Part shown: positions 8,403 through 15,583 of the stretch, piece by piece
Layout: the number at the start of each line of letters is the position of its first letter
Numbering within the stretch: the stretch's first letter is position 1
Assembly (NCBI GenBank): GCA_023129255.1
Contig: JAGMCH010000044.1
Coordinates: 1 to 55,996, forward strand
Direction of reading: 5' to 3'
Origin: Dehalococcoidales bacterium
Lineage (GTDB): Bacteria > Chloroflexota > Dehalococcoidia > Dehalococcoidales > BS750m-G39
DNA: 55,996 bases
Notes under the pieces: model-generated
Database searches by the model: none
Seen by the model: only the letters and a program-made list of their open reading frames with translations
Told to the model about the DNA's origin: nothing
Program-made: the position numbers and the translations under genes

Positions 8403-9689
8403 ATGATAGAGAAAATACAAAACTTCAAGGGAGAGAGAATGATTCAAAAAGCCGAGAGATTAGATACTTCCTGGGCGTATAACACGAAGGATTTACCCAA
8501 AGACAGAGAACTAAGACTCCTAGATAATGCCCAGTTCATTTACGAATTGGCGTTAGCTCAGCTTGAGCTCCAATCTCTTGGAGCGAGGTTTGAATTAACT
8601 AATGGACTTAGAGAATTTAAGTTGTTAGAAATAGAGGATGAGAAGGCCCTCAGAAGAAGATTGGCATATTTCAAGTTTGTTAAAGGCAAGTATACAGACT
8701 ACTTTCAAATCATACGGAAGAATAGAACCAGGTCGGTAAACCAATACCTTACTCATTGGATCTATCCTTATAAGGGGAAATTCCATCCCCAAATGATTAG
8801 AGGGCTTCTCAATATTATCGGGCTTGAAGAAGGTGACACTGTTCTTGACCCGTTCATTGGCAGCGGCACAACAGCGGTTGAAGCACAATTATTGGGAATA
8901 AATTGTATCGGTATTGATGTTTCTCCTCTTTGTGTTCTTCAGAGTAAGGTAAAAACAGAGTCTATAGATGTGTTACCACAAATCATGAAATTGAAAGAGG
9001 AAATAACAAATAGGTTAAGACCTTCTTTGTCTAATCTCAAAGGAGAAACTCTTGATGATATGATTAACTTAATTCCTGAGAAGAAGACAGAAAACTTCTA
9101 TAAAATGGCAAAGCTTGTTGCTATAAGCGATAACGCTAGAAGGCGAAGGGAATTCTCCAACGCATTCTTGAAGAATTTAGAACTGATGATTTTCTCAGTT
9201 AGCGATTATGTCCAAATAGTTGAGAAACTTAAGCTAAGATTAGGCATCATGGATATAAAGACGGGAGACTCAAGAGCATTACCCTTAGATGATGAAAGCG
9301 TAGACGGCATAATCACTTCCCCTCCATATTCAATTGCCTTAGATTATGTTTCCAATGACGCTCATGCTTTAAAAGAACTAGGCTACGGTATTTCAGAGAT
9401 TAGAGAGGAATTTATCGGGGTGAGAGGAAAGGGTCAAGCAAGAGTTGACCTATATAACAAAGACATGAGAATCAGCTTGCAAGAAATGTTCAGAGTCCTT
9501 AAACCACAAAAATATGCCGTCATAGTTATTGGAAATGCAACGTATCTGGGGCAGGAAGTAAAGACAGTTGAATTCACTATAGACCACGCAGAGAAGACTG
9601 GTTTTAAGCTAATCAAGAATATAGATAAGATTATCTTTGGGCTCTACAATGTGATGCGAAAGGAAAATATATTGATTTTTATGAAATGA
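8403..9689 (+). CDS. SAM-dependent DNA amino-methyltransferase (SPPY motif, probably N4-cytosine)
   Basis: YPYKGKFHPQM....VLDPFIGSGTTAVEAQLLGINCIGIDVSP (motif X/I/II block) lies at aa 121-175. DGIITSPPYS (motif IV) is at aa 301-310. The coding sequence is visibly AT-richer than its neighbours. A small nuclease-like gene follows. Confidence 0.75.
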   Translation: MIEKIQNFKGERMIQKAERLDTSWAYNTKDLPKDRELRLLDNAQFIYELALAQLELQSLGARFELTNGLREFKLLEIEDEKALRRRLAYFKFVKGKYTDYFQIIRKNRTRSVNQYLTHWIYPYKGKFHPQMIRGLLNIIGLEEGDTVLDPFIGSGTTAVEAQLLGINCIGIDVSPLCVLQSKVKTESIDVLPQIMKLKEEITNRLRPSLSNLKGETLDDMINLIPEKKTENFYKMAKLVAISDNARRRREFSNAFLKNLELMIFSVSDYVQIVEKLKLRLGIMDIKTGDSRALPLDDESVDGIITSPPYSIALDYVSNDAHALKELGYGISEIREEFIGVRGKGQARVDLYNKDMRISLQEMFRVLKPQKYAVIVIGNATYLGQEVKTVEFTIDHAEKTGFKLIKNIDKIIFGLYNVMRKENILIFMK

Positions 9690-9714
9690 ACCTGAATACA
9701 ACAAGGAGAATCAA

Positions 9715-10203
9715 ATGAGTAAAGAACCAAACGGAAGTCTCATGTGGGACATAGAAGAGATTGCGCGAGCGCTGAAAATAAGCGGAAAAGATGTTCGAGA
9801 GTATTTTACAGACGGTCGTCGAGTATCATTTATTTTAGAGAGACGGATTGCCAGAGAAATTTTAAAGGGGACTCTAGCTCCCACCGAAGGGGCTGGTTTT
9901 GATTTAATAGACCCCGAAGGTGGCAAATGGGAAGTTCGTAGTATTTCAAAAGTGGGCGTATATTTTTGTCCTAGCTATATGGTTGGTTCGGGCCGGCATT
10001 TCGAAGAAGCCGGTTTCATAAGCAAACTCTCAGAGATTAGGGGATACATTATTGCTGATATAGAATCATTCCCTAATATACCATTTTGGATTATCACAGC
10101 AGACCAGGTCCGAAATTGGTGGAATGAGCGAAAGCTAGGAACAACAAGCAAAATATCACGTGAGCGGGCGTTGGAACTCCTCCGCAAGTCAAAGTCCCAA
10201 TGA
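9715..10203 (+). CDS. putative type II restriction endonuclease (PvuII-like PD-(D/E)xK core)
   Basis: 162 aa. GFDLIDPEGGKWEVRSIS aligns without gaps to my recollection of the R.PvuII catalytic segment [24 protein letters not shown] precedes the ATG. The gene is paired with the methyltransferase. Confidence 0.55.
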   Translation: MSKEPNGSLMWDIEEIARALKISGKDVREYFTDGRRVSFILERRIAREILKGTLAPTEGAGFDLIDPEGGKWEVRSISKVGVYFCPSYMVGSGRHFEEAGFISKLSEIRGYIIADIESFPNIPFWIITADQVRNWWNERKLGTTSKISRERALELLRKSKSQ

Positions 10204-10249
10204 GCCAGTAAGGCTCTACCGGTTTGAGGTGAGGAGGTATAAATAAAGG
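10202..10249 (+). repeat. 48-bp direct repeat, copy 2 (orphan relic of the amrA 3' end)
   Basis: gagccagtaaggctctaccggtttgaggtgaggaggtataaataaagg still reads EPVRLYRFEVRRYK-stop but has no upstream ORF. The TGA of the nuclease ORF straddles its left edge. Confidence 0.9.
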
Positions 10250-10336
10250 GGATAGATTGAAGGGGCGAAGCCCCTCTTACCAAATAATTCCCCCTCTCCT
10301 TTGAAGGAGAGGGGGACACAGGGGGTGAGGATGATT
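10250..10336 (+). repeat. E-type intergenic repeat
   Basis: ggatagattgaaggggcgaagcccctctt, then ccccctctcctttgaaggagaggggg, then acacagggggtgagg, ending 2 nt before the rarA ATG region. Confidence 0.8.
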
Positions 10337-10337
10337 T

Positions 10338-11702
10338 ATGGATTTATTTGAATACCAGTTTCAGCAAGAGAAAAACCAGGAGGCACCGCTGGCAGCCAGG
10401 ATGAGACCGGGCGCCCTGCACGAGTTCGTGGGACAGGAGCACCTGATAGGTGAAGGGCATGTGTTAAGAAAGGCTATTGAAGCCGGCAAGGTGCCGTCTA
10501 TTATCCTGTGGGGTCCCACCGGCAGCGGCAAAACTACCATGGCGTACATCATCGCCAATACCACCGAGTCGCACTTCAGCCCGGTAAGTGCCGTCAGCGC
10601 TGGCGTGGCTGACCTGCGCCGGATAATTGAGGAGGCAAAAGAACGCCGTAAACTTTATCAGCAGACAACAATCCTCTTTATAGACGAGATTCATCGCTTC
10701 AACAAGGCGCAGCAGGATGCCGTTCTGCCCTTCGTTGAGGACGGAACCATCACCCTTATCGGTGCTACCACCGAAAACCCCTCGTTTGAGGTTATCTCCC
10801 CCCTCCTCTCCCGCTGCCAGGTTCTCGCCCTGAATCCCCTCACCGAGGATGAAATTCAGATCATCATCATGAGAGCCTTAAAGGACGAACTGAAGGGTCT
10901 GGGCAAACTGAATGTAGAGCTGGACGATGATGCCATGCTCCGCCTTATTATGATGTCAAACAAGGATGCCCGGGTTGCCCTCAATGCCCTGGAGATAGCC
11001 GCTACCACTACGCCGCCTGACGCCGAGGGGAAGCGCCGTATCTCACTAACCACCATTGAGGATGCCATCCAGCACCGGGCTTTGCCCTACGACAAAGGGG
11101 GAGAGCGCCACTACGACATTATCTCCGCCCTGCACAAGTCGATGCGAGGCTCAGACCCCGATGCTTCCCTTTACTGGCTGGCAAGGATGCTGGAGGCGGG
11201 GGAAAGCCCCCTCTACATTGCCCGCCGCCTGGTTCGCTTCGCCTCAGAGGATATAGGCATGGCTGACCCCCAGGCACTGGTGTTAGCTATGGCTGCCCAG
11301 CAAGCCGTCCACTTCATCGGCATGCCTGAGGGCAATCTGGCTCTGGCTGAGGCAGTGGTCTACCTGGCTACCGCCCCTAAAAGCAACTCGCTGTATCAGG
11401 CCTACTCTCAGGTCCAGGAGGAAATCGAACAAGGACCCGACGAGCAGGTGCCTATGCACCTTCGCAATCCGGTGACGCCGCTAATGAAAGAAATGGGTTA
11501 TGGCAAGGGATATAAACATGCTCACGACTACCCAGAGCACTTCGCCGGGCAGCAGAACCTGCCCGATTCCCTTAAAGGCAAACATTATTATACCCCCGGT
11601 GACCAAGGATATGAGAAGCAGGTCGCCGAGCGGCTCAAAGCCTGGTGGCAAGGCATCAAGCAACCAAAAAAAGCTAAAAGAAAGAAGAAGGCTTCAAGCT
11701 AA
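10338..11702 (+). CDS. rarA: replication-associated recombination protein A (MgsA/RarA AAA+ ATPase)
   Basis: Walker A GPTGSGKTT, FIDEIHRFNK, and a C-terminal HYD.ISALHKSMRGSDPDASLYWLARMLEAGE block typical of RarA. Confidence 0.9.
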   Translation: MDLFEYQFQQEKNQEAPLAARMRPGALHEFVGQEHLIGEGHVLRKAIEAGKVPSIILWGPTGSGKTTMAYIIANTTESHFSPVSAVSAGVADLRRIIEEAKERRKLYQQTTILFIDEIHRFNKAQQDAVLPFVEDGTITLIGATTENPSFEVISPLLSRCQVLALNPLTEDEIQIIIMRALKDELKGLGKLNVELDDDAMLRLIMMSNKDARVALNALEIAATTTPPDAEGKRRISLTTIEDAIQHRALPYDKGGERHYDIISALHKSMRGSDPDASLYWLARMLEAGESPLYIARRLVRFASEDIGMADPQALVLAMAAQQAVHFIGMPEGNLALAEAVVYLATAPKSNSLYQAYSQVQEEIEQGPDEQVPMHLRNPVTPLMKEMGYGKGYKHAHDYPEHFAGQQNLPDSLKGKHYYTPGDQGYEKQVAERLKAWWQGIKQPKKAKRKKKASS

Positions 11703-11712
11703 TTAAAACGCC

Positions 11713-11742
11713 TTGACAGGCTATCCCGGCAAACATTATACT
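11713..11742 (+). promoter_or_regulatory. candidate sigma70-type promoter (TTGACA-18-TATACT)
   Basis: ttgaca at 11713..11718 and tatact at 11737..11742, about 38 nt upstream of the GYD gene ATG, with GGGGAGG as the SD. Confidence 0.45.
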
Positions 11743-11779
11743 AAAAGATCCATAGGTCAATAAATTTAAGGGGAGGAAA

Positions 11780-12067
11780 ATGGCTGTCTTTGTTGCCCTG
11801 GGAACGATAACCGATGACGGAATAAAGAATCTGGAAGCGATGGGTGCCCGCCATAAGCGAGCCTTGGAGCGCGCCGAGCAGCGCGGGGGCAAGATTCTGG
11901 GTAGCTATGCTCTGCTCGGGCAGTATGATTACCTGGTCATCCTTGAAGCCCCCGATATCAAGACGGCGATGTATGTTTTGACCAGGGAAGCCCATGGAGG
12001 CAATGTTCGCTATCAGACAATGGCAGCAATACCGATGGCGGAATTTGCTGAACTTGTCCAGGACTAA
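11780..12067 (+). CDS. GYD domain protein
   Basis: 95 aa. The LGQYDYLVILEAPD block and overall pattern match the GYD family. Confidence 0.7.
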   Translation: MAVFVALGTITDDGIKNLEAMGARHKRALERAEQRGGKILGSYALLGQYDYLVILEAPDIKTAMYVLTREAHGGNVRYQTMAAIPMAEFAELVQD

Positions 12068-12098
12068 GCTGAGGGTTCGCCCGTTATAAAAAGAGCGG

Positions 12099-12173
<75 letters not shown>

Positions 12174-12184
12174 AGGAATCAAAA

Positions 12185-12216
12185 AGGCAGGATAACGATT
12201 ATGGCCTGCCTTTTCT
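12185..12216 (+). terminator. Rho-independent terminator after tRNA-fMet
   Basis: AGGCAGG-13 nt-CCTGCCT followed by TTTTCT. Confidence 0.6.
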
Positions 12217-12279
12217 ATTTGTGCCGCAGGGGTCTTGGGGTCATCAGTTAGGTGAAGGTGTAAAAAGGTCGAGGCACTG

Positions 12280-12681
12280 CTATCTGATGACAAAGGGTAC
12301 AACAACAGCTATCACGCCTATAAAAACGACCGCCAGAATGAAGAGATTGTATCTAGTATTGTAATTGCTCAAAAGAGATGCATCATAATACCCTTCTACA
12401 CCCTGGTCTTTGTACATCTTCAGTAGCCCATTTATCAGCTTCAATCTTGTTTGCTTTCCTTTTAGCAACCCAAATATTACCACGAGATTGACCACTACCA
12501 ACAGACCGACAAACAGGAACATCACGATGGTCATAGTAACACTCTCATCTTCAGCAGCGATTATAGAATTGACAGCGAGAACCACTAGGTTAAGAAGAAT
12601 GGCAGTGACGATAAAAATCGTGTCCGTGCGTGCATTCTGTTGGAGTTCTGTAATAATATGCTCATGAACGCGCTCAATCAT
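12280..12681 (-). CDS. hypothetical small membrane protein (3 predicted TM helices)
   Basis: 133-aa AT-rich ORF with three long hydrophobic segments. It has its own TTGACA-17-TAGAAT promoter upstream and lies inside the tRNA-bracketed islet. No family recognised. Confidence 0.55.
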   Translation of the reverse strand: MIERVHEHIITELQQNARTDTIFIVTAILLNLVVLAVNSIIAAEDESVTMTIVMFLFVGLLVVVNLVVIFGLLKGKQTRLKLINGLLKMYKDQGVEGYYDASLLSNYNTRYNLFILAVVFIGVIAVVVPFVIR

Positions 12682-12749
12682 GTCCCCTCCTTATGGTCTA
12701 AAAGCATTTCAAAAGCTGAAATCGCCTAACGCTACTCCCAGATTGTGGA

Positions 12750-12778
12750 ATTCTACAGCCTGCCCAAGTAGTTGTCAA
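12750..12778 (-). promoter_or_regulatory. candidate sigma70-type promoter (TTGACA-17-TAGAAT) for ORF 12280..12681
   Basis: On the minus strand, ttgaca at 12778..12773 and tagaat at 12755..12750. Confidence 0.45.
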
Positions 12779-12790
12779 GGCTACTACACC

Positions 12791-12830
12791 CCCAAAGGTC
12801 GTTGGTTCGAATCCTGCCCCCGCTACCAAG
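12791..12830 (+). pseudogene. duplicated 3' half of tRNA-fMet (att-like relic)
   Basis: cccaaaggtcgttggttcgaatcctgcccccgctaccaag is 38/40 identical to 12136..12175. The two changes disrupt the T stem, and no 5' half is present. Confidence 0.85.
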
Positions 12831-12838
12831 AATGTGAT

Positions 12839-12872
12839 GGGCTAGGCTACATAAGCCTAGCCCTTATTATTT
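12839..12872 (+). terminator. Rho-independent terminator following the tRNA fragment
   Basis: GGGCTAGGCT-5 nt-AGCCTAGCCC followed by TTATTATTT. The T-tract is present only in the plus orientation. Confidence 0.55.
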
Positions 12873-12888
12873 CGGACAGCTTATATCG

Positions 12889-13254
12889 TCAAAAGGTCGC
12901 CACCTCTTCCACGGCGACCTTCACCAGGTGCTTGACCTCCATCTTCCTGGCGGCAAACTCAGCCGAGATGGTATCAAACAGGTTGCCGCTATCCACAATC
13001 TCCGCCTTTCCCCAGATTCGGCAGCCCTTGCCAGTAGCCGGGTCAAAGACTATGGCCGAAAGTTGCGGGTTCTCCCTCAGGTTAGCTAAAGTGTATAGTC
13101 GGCCTCCCTCAACAAAGGCAACATGCTCATCATCAAGAACCCGAAATGACCCCTTGACCGAGACATTGGGCTTCCCCTGCTTGCTGGCGGTAGCTATCAG
13201 CGCCGGCCCATGCTCAGCAATTATCTTCTTAGTCTCCTCAGTTAGCTTCGCCAT
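12889..13254 (-). CDS. pyridoxamine 5'-phosphate oxidase-like FMN-binding protein
   Basis: 121 aa. The pattern ALIATASKQGKPNVSVKGSFRVLDDEHVAF...NLRENPQLSAIVFD is typical of the PNPOx-like split-barrel family. Confidence 0.6.
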   Translation of the reverse strand: MAKLTEETKKIIAEHGPALIATASKQGKPNVSVKGSFRVLDDEHVAFVEGGRLYTLANLRENPQLSAIVFDPATGKGCRIWGKAEIVDSGNLFDTISAEFAARKMEVKHLVKVAVEEVATF

Positions 13255-13334
13255 ATTAACGCCTCCTCACATTATTAACTGGATTGTAGTATAGGCTGGT
13301 CAAAAGGGCAAGGTATTCATGCTATAATAAACCT

Positions 13335-13517
13335 ATGAAAAAGGAGTTGATGGATATCCTTGCCTGTCCGGTTTGCAAGGGGAAGCTGGAATTAACCGTG
13401 GAGGAGGAGAAAGAGGGGGAGGTGATTAGCGGCTCCCTATACTGCCCCAAGTGCGGGGTGAATTACCCCATCGTGGATAGCATCCCCAATCTGCTGCCGC
13501 CGGAGCAGCGCGGTTAG
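13335..13517 (+). CDS. Trm112 family protein
   Basis: 60 aa. LACPVCKG...L.CPKCGV.YPI.D.IPNLL is the Trm112/UPF0434 zinc-ribbon signature. Confidence 0.8.
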   Translation: MKKELMDILACPVCKGKLELTVEEEKEGEVISGSLYCPKCGVNYPIVDSIPNLLPPEQRG

Positions 13518-13891
13518 TCAGGGCTATAGACCACCCCGGTCTGGGGGGACTCCCACACCTCCACGCCGACGATTGACACTCCGGTCAGCTTGGGCTTGAG
13601 CTCTTCATAGATGGTAGCGGCGATATTCTCTGAAGAAGGATTTATCTGGTCAAACGGTGGCACATCATTTACGCAGGTATGGTCAAACCTTGATATAACC
13701 TCGGCCAGGTGTTGCTTCAGCTCACTGAAATCGTAGGCTAAGCCGATGTCATCAAGACCGGAGGATTCTATCCTGACCACTACCCGGAAGCGATGCCCGT
13801 GCAGTGCCTCGCACTTGCCCCGATAACCCCTCAAGAAATGAGCGGCATCAAAATGCTGCTCTACCGATATCTGATACACCCCTTCAGCCAC
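13514..13891 (-). CDS. 6-pyruvoyl-tetrahydropterin synthase family protein (PTPS-III-like, possible FolB bypass; QueD family)
   Basis: FDAAHFL and GKCEALHGHRF (Cys-Glu-x-x-HGH) motifs. The start overlaps the folK stop by 8 nt. Confidence 0.8.
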   Translation of the reverse strand: MAEGVYQISVEQHFDAAHFLRGYRGKCEALHGHRFRVVVRIESSGLDDIGLAYDFSELKQHLAEVISRFDHTCVNDVPPFDQINPSSENIAATIYEELKPKLTGVSIVGVEVWESPQTGVVYSPD

Positions 13892-14381
13892 CCTCCCACT
13901 TAAATACGCCCTGAACCTCTTTCACCGCCTTGAGCAGCTCCTTGGCTGTTTTGCCACTTACCGGATGCACCACGTCAGGGGCAATCTCCGCCAAAGGGAC
14001 GAGGACAAAGGCTCTCTTAGTCATCCTGGGGTGGGGGATAACCAGCTCCGGGGTTTTAACAACCTGGTCGCCATAGAGCAGGATATCTATATCAATAGTG
14101 CGGGGGGCATCAGAGGCGCCACCCCACCTGCCCAACTTGTTCTCAATGCCCTTGACCAGGGCAAGCAATGCCGTCGGGGACAGGTTGGTGTTGACCTGGC
14201 ACACCAGGTTAAGAAAACGAGGCTGCTCAACATTGCCCACTGGCTCAGAATCGTACACGGAAGAAACCTTTTCTGCCCGCAGCCTTTGCGATAGAAAGGC
14301 TAACGCCCGGTCCAGGTTAGCCTGACGGTCTCCCAGATTTGAGCCAAGACCGAGGTATGCTGTTATCGTTTCAACCCCCAC
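13884..14381 (-). CDS. folK: 2-amino-4-hydroxy-6-hydroxymethyldihydropteridine diphosphokinase
   Basis: AYLGLGSNLGD, EPVG, PRTIDIDILLYG and IPHPRM motifs. ORF-track start is 14408, but the GTG at 14381 has GGAGG 7 nt upstream and overlaps the folP end by only 11 nt. Confidence 0.85.
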   Translation of the reverse strand: MGVETITAYLGLGSNLGDRQANLDRALAFLSQRLRAEKVSSVYDSEPVGNVEQPRFLNLVCQVNTNLSPTALLALVKGIENKLGRWGGASDAPRTIDIDILLYGDQVVKTPELVIPHPRMTKRAFVLVPLAEIAPDVVHPVSGKTAKELLKAVKEVQGVFKWEGG

Positions 14382-15201
14382 TTTGTCGCCTCCGAATAAT
14401 AAAATCACTCATGCGGCAGACTTGCACCATCTGCCGAACATCGTGAACCCGCACCATGTCAGCACCATTGGCAATGCCAATAGCCACAGTGGCGGCTGTC
14501 GCCTCCAGGCGCTGGTCAGGCGGCTGATTAAGCATAAACTTACGAGAGGCTCCCAACAAAATAGGTCTATTCAGAGACCTGAGTTCAGTCAAACGGCGAA
14601 TAATATCCAGATTCTGCTCGGCACTCTTGCCAAAGCCAATGCCGGGGTCAATGATAATGTTCTGCCAAGCTACCCCAGCCTCCATAGCCTGCTCGATGCT
14701 TTTCTCCAAACTGGAAACAACCTCAGCCATTATATCATATCGGACGCTATCTTGCAGGTAGCTCACCAGGATAATGGGCACGCCTGCCTCAGCAGCTACC
14801 CGAGCTAACCGGGGGTCTCGCTTTAAGCCCCAGACATCGTTTATCATCATGACGCCTGCCTTCACTGCCCGACTGGCTACCGCCGATTTATAGGTGTCTA
14901 TGCTCATTGGCACCGATAGCTCACCGGCTAACCTTTCAATAACTGGCATTACTCGCCGCAGCTCATCATCAGCCGATACCGGTTTTGAGTCAGGTCGGGT
15001 GGACTCACCACCGATATCTATAATATCTGCCCCATCATCAACCAAACGCTTTGCCTGGGCCACAGCAGCTTCAATATCATCACCCAGCCCATCCCCGGAG
15101 AAGGAATCCGGAGTGAGGTTCAGGATTCCCATAACATAGGTTCGCTCCCCCCACCTGAACTCAACCCCCCCACAGCGGGTAGTGGCAAACTTAATTTCCA
15201 C
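14371..15201 (-). CDS. folP: dihydropteroate synthase
   Basis: VMGILNLTPDSFSGDG, DIGGESTRP, and a GASRK block. GTG start. Confidence 0.9.
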   Translation of the reverse strand: MEIKFATTRCGGVEFRWGERTYVMGILNLTPDSFSGDGLGDDIEAAVAQAKRLVDDGADIIDIGGESTRPDSKPVSADDELRRVMPVIERLAGELSVPMSIDTYKSAVASRAVKAGVMMINDVWGLKRDPRLARVAAEAGVPIILVSYLQDSVRYDIMAEVVSSLEKSIEQAMEAGVAWQNIIIDPGIGFGKSAEQNLDIIRRLTELRSLNRPILLGASRKFMLNQPPDQRLEATAATVAIGIANGADMVRVHDVRQMVQVCRMSDFIIRRRQSGG

Positions 15202-15270
15202 AGCTCAAACCTTACTGATATTGTAGCACCCTTTTATCACTGTTACTAGATAGATTGGCTTTCTTCAGCG

Positions 15271-15484
15271 TTGACCTCACCCCCCTCTCCCTGTTTTTAA
15301 CCTAGCTCTTATTTCCCACCCAAACCCACCCTACAGGGGCTAGCCCCCTTAACTTCAAGGAGGAGTAAAGCCCCCATATACTTTTTGGAAGGGGGAGTCT
15401 TAGAGGGGCGTCAGCCCCTCTTTTCTATCCCTCCCCCTCTCCCTTGAGGGAGAGGGGGATTAAGGGGGTGAGGGTGATAAAATA
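15271..15484. repeat. composite intergenic repeat: reverse G-type half unit (15271..15350) plus forward E-type unit (15398..15484)
   Basis: ttgacctcacccccctctccctgtttttaa...tttcccacccaaacccaccctacaggggctagccccc is followed by agaggggcgtcagcccctctttt, ccccctctcccttgagggagaggggg and attaagggggtgagggtgataaaat. Confidence 0.8.
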
Positions 15485-15583
15485 AAGATAAACCCTCACC
15501 AGATAGACTTGCCTATGTGATTGGCAATATGCTATGATAAATAGCACTTATACTCAAATCTGGTTTACAGGTTCGGTACTCCA

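Noticed and set aside
12680-13294. 204-aa plus-strand ORF.
   Set aside because: It crosses the tRNA fragment and a terminator and lies antisense to the PNPOx-like gene. It has no SD and no recognisable motifs.
15202-15270. A THF or other riboswitch upstream of folP.
   Set aside because: The leader between the candidate -10 (15225..15220) and the GTG at 15201 is only about 15-20 nt, too short for a riboswitch. No conserved riboswitch motifs were recognised.
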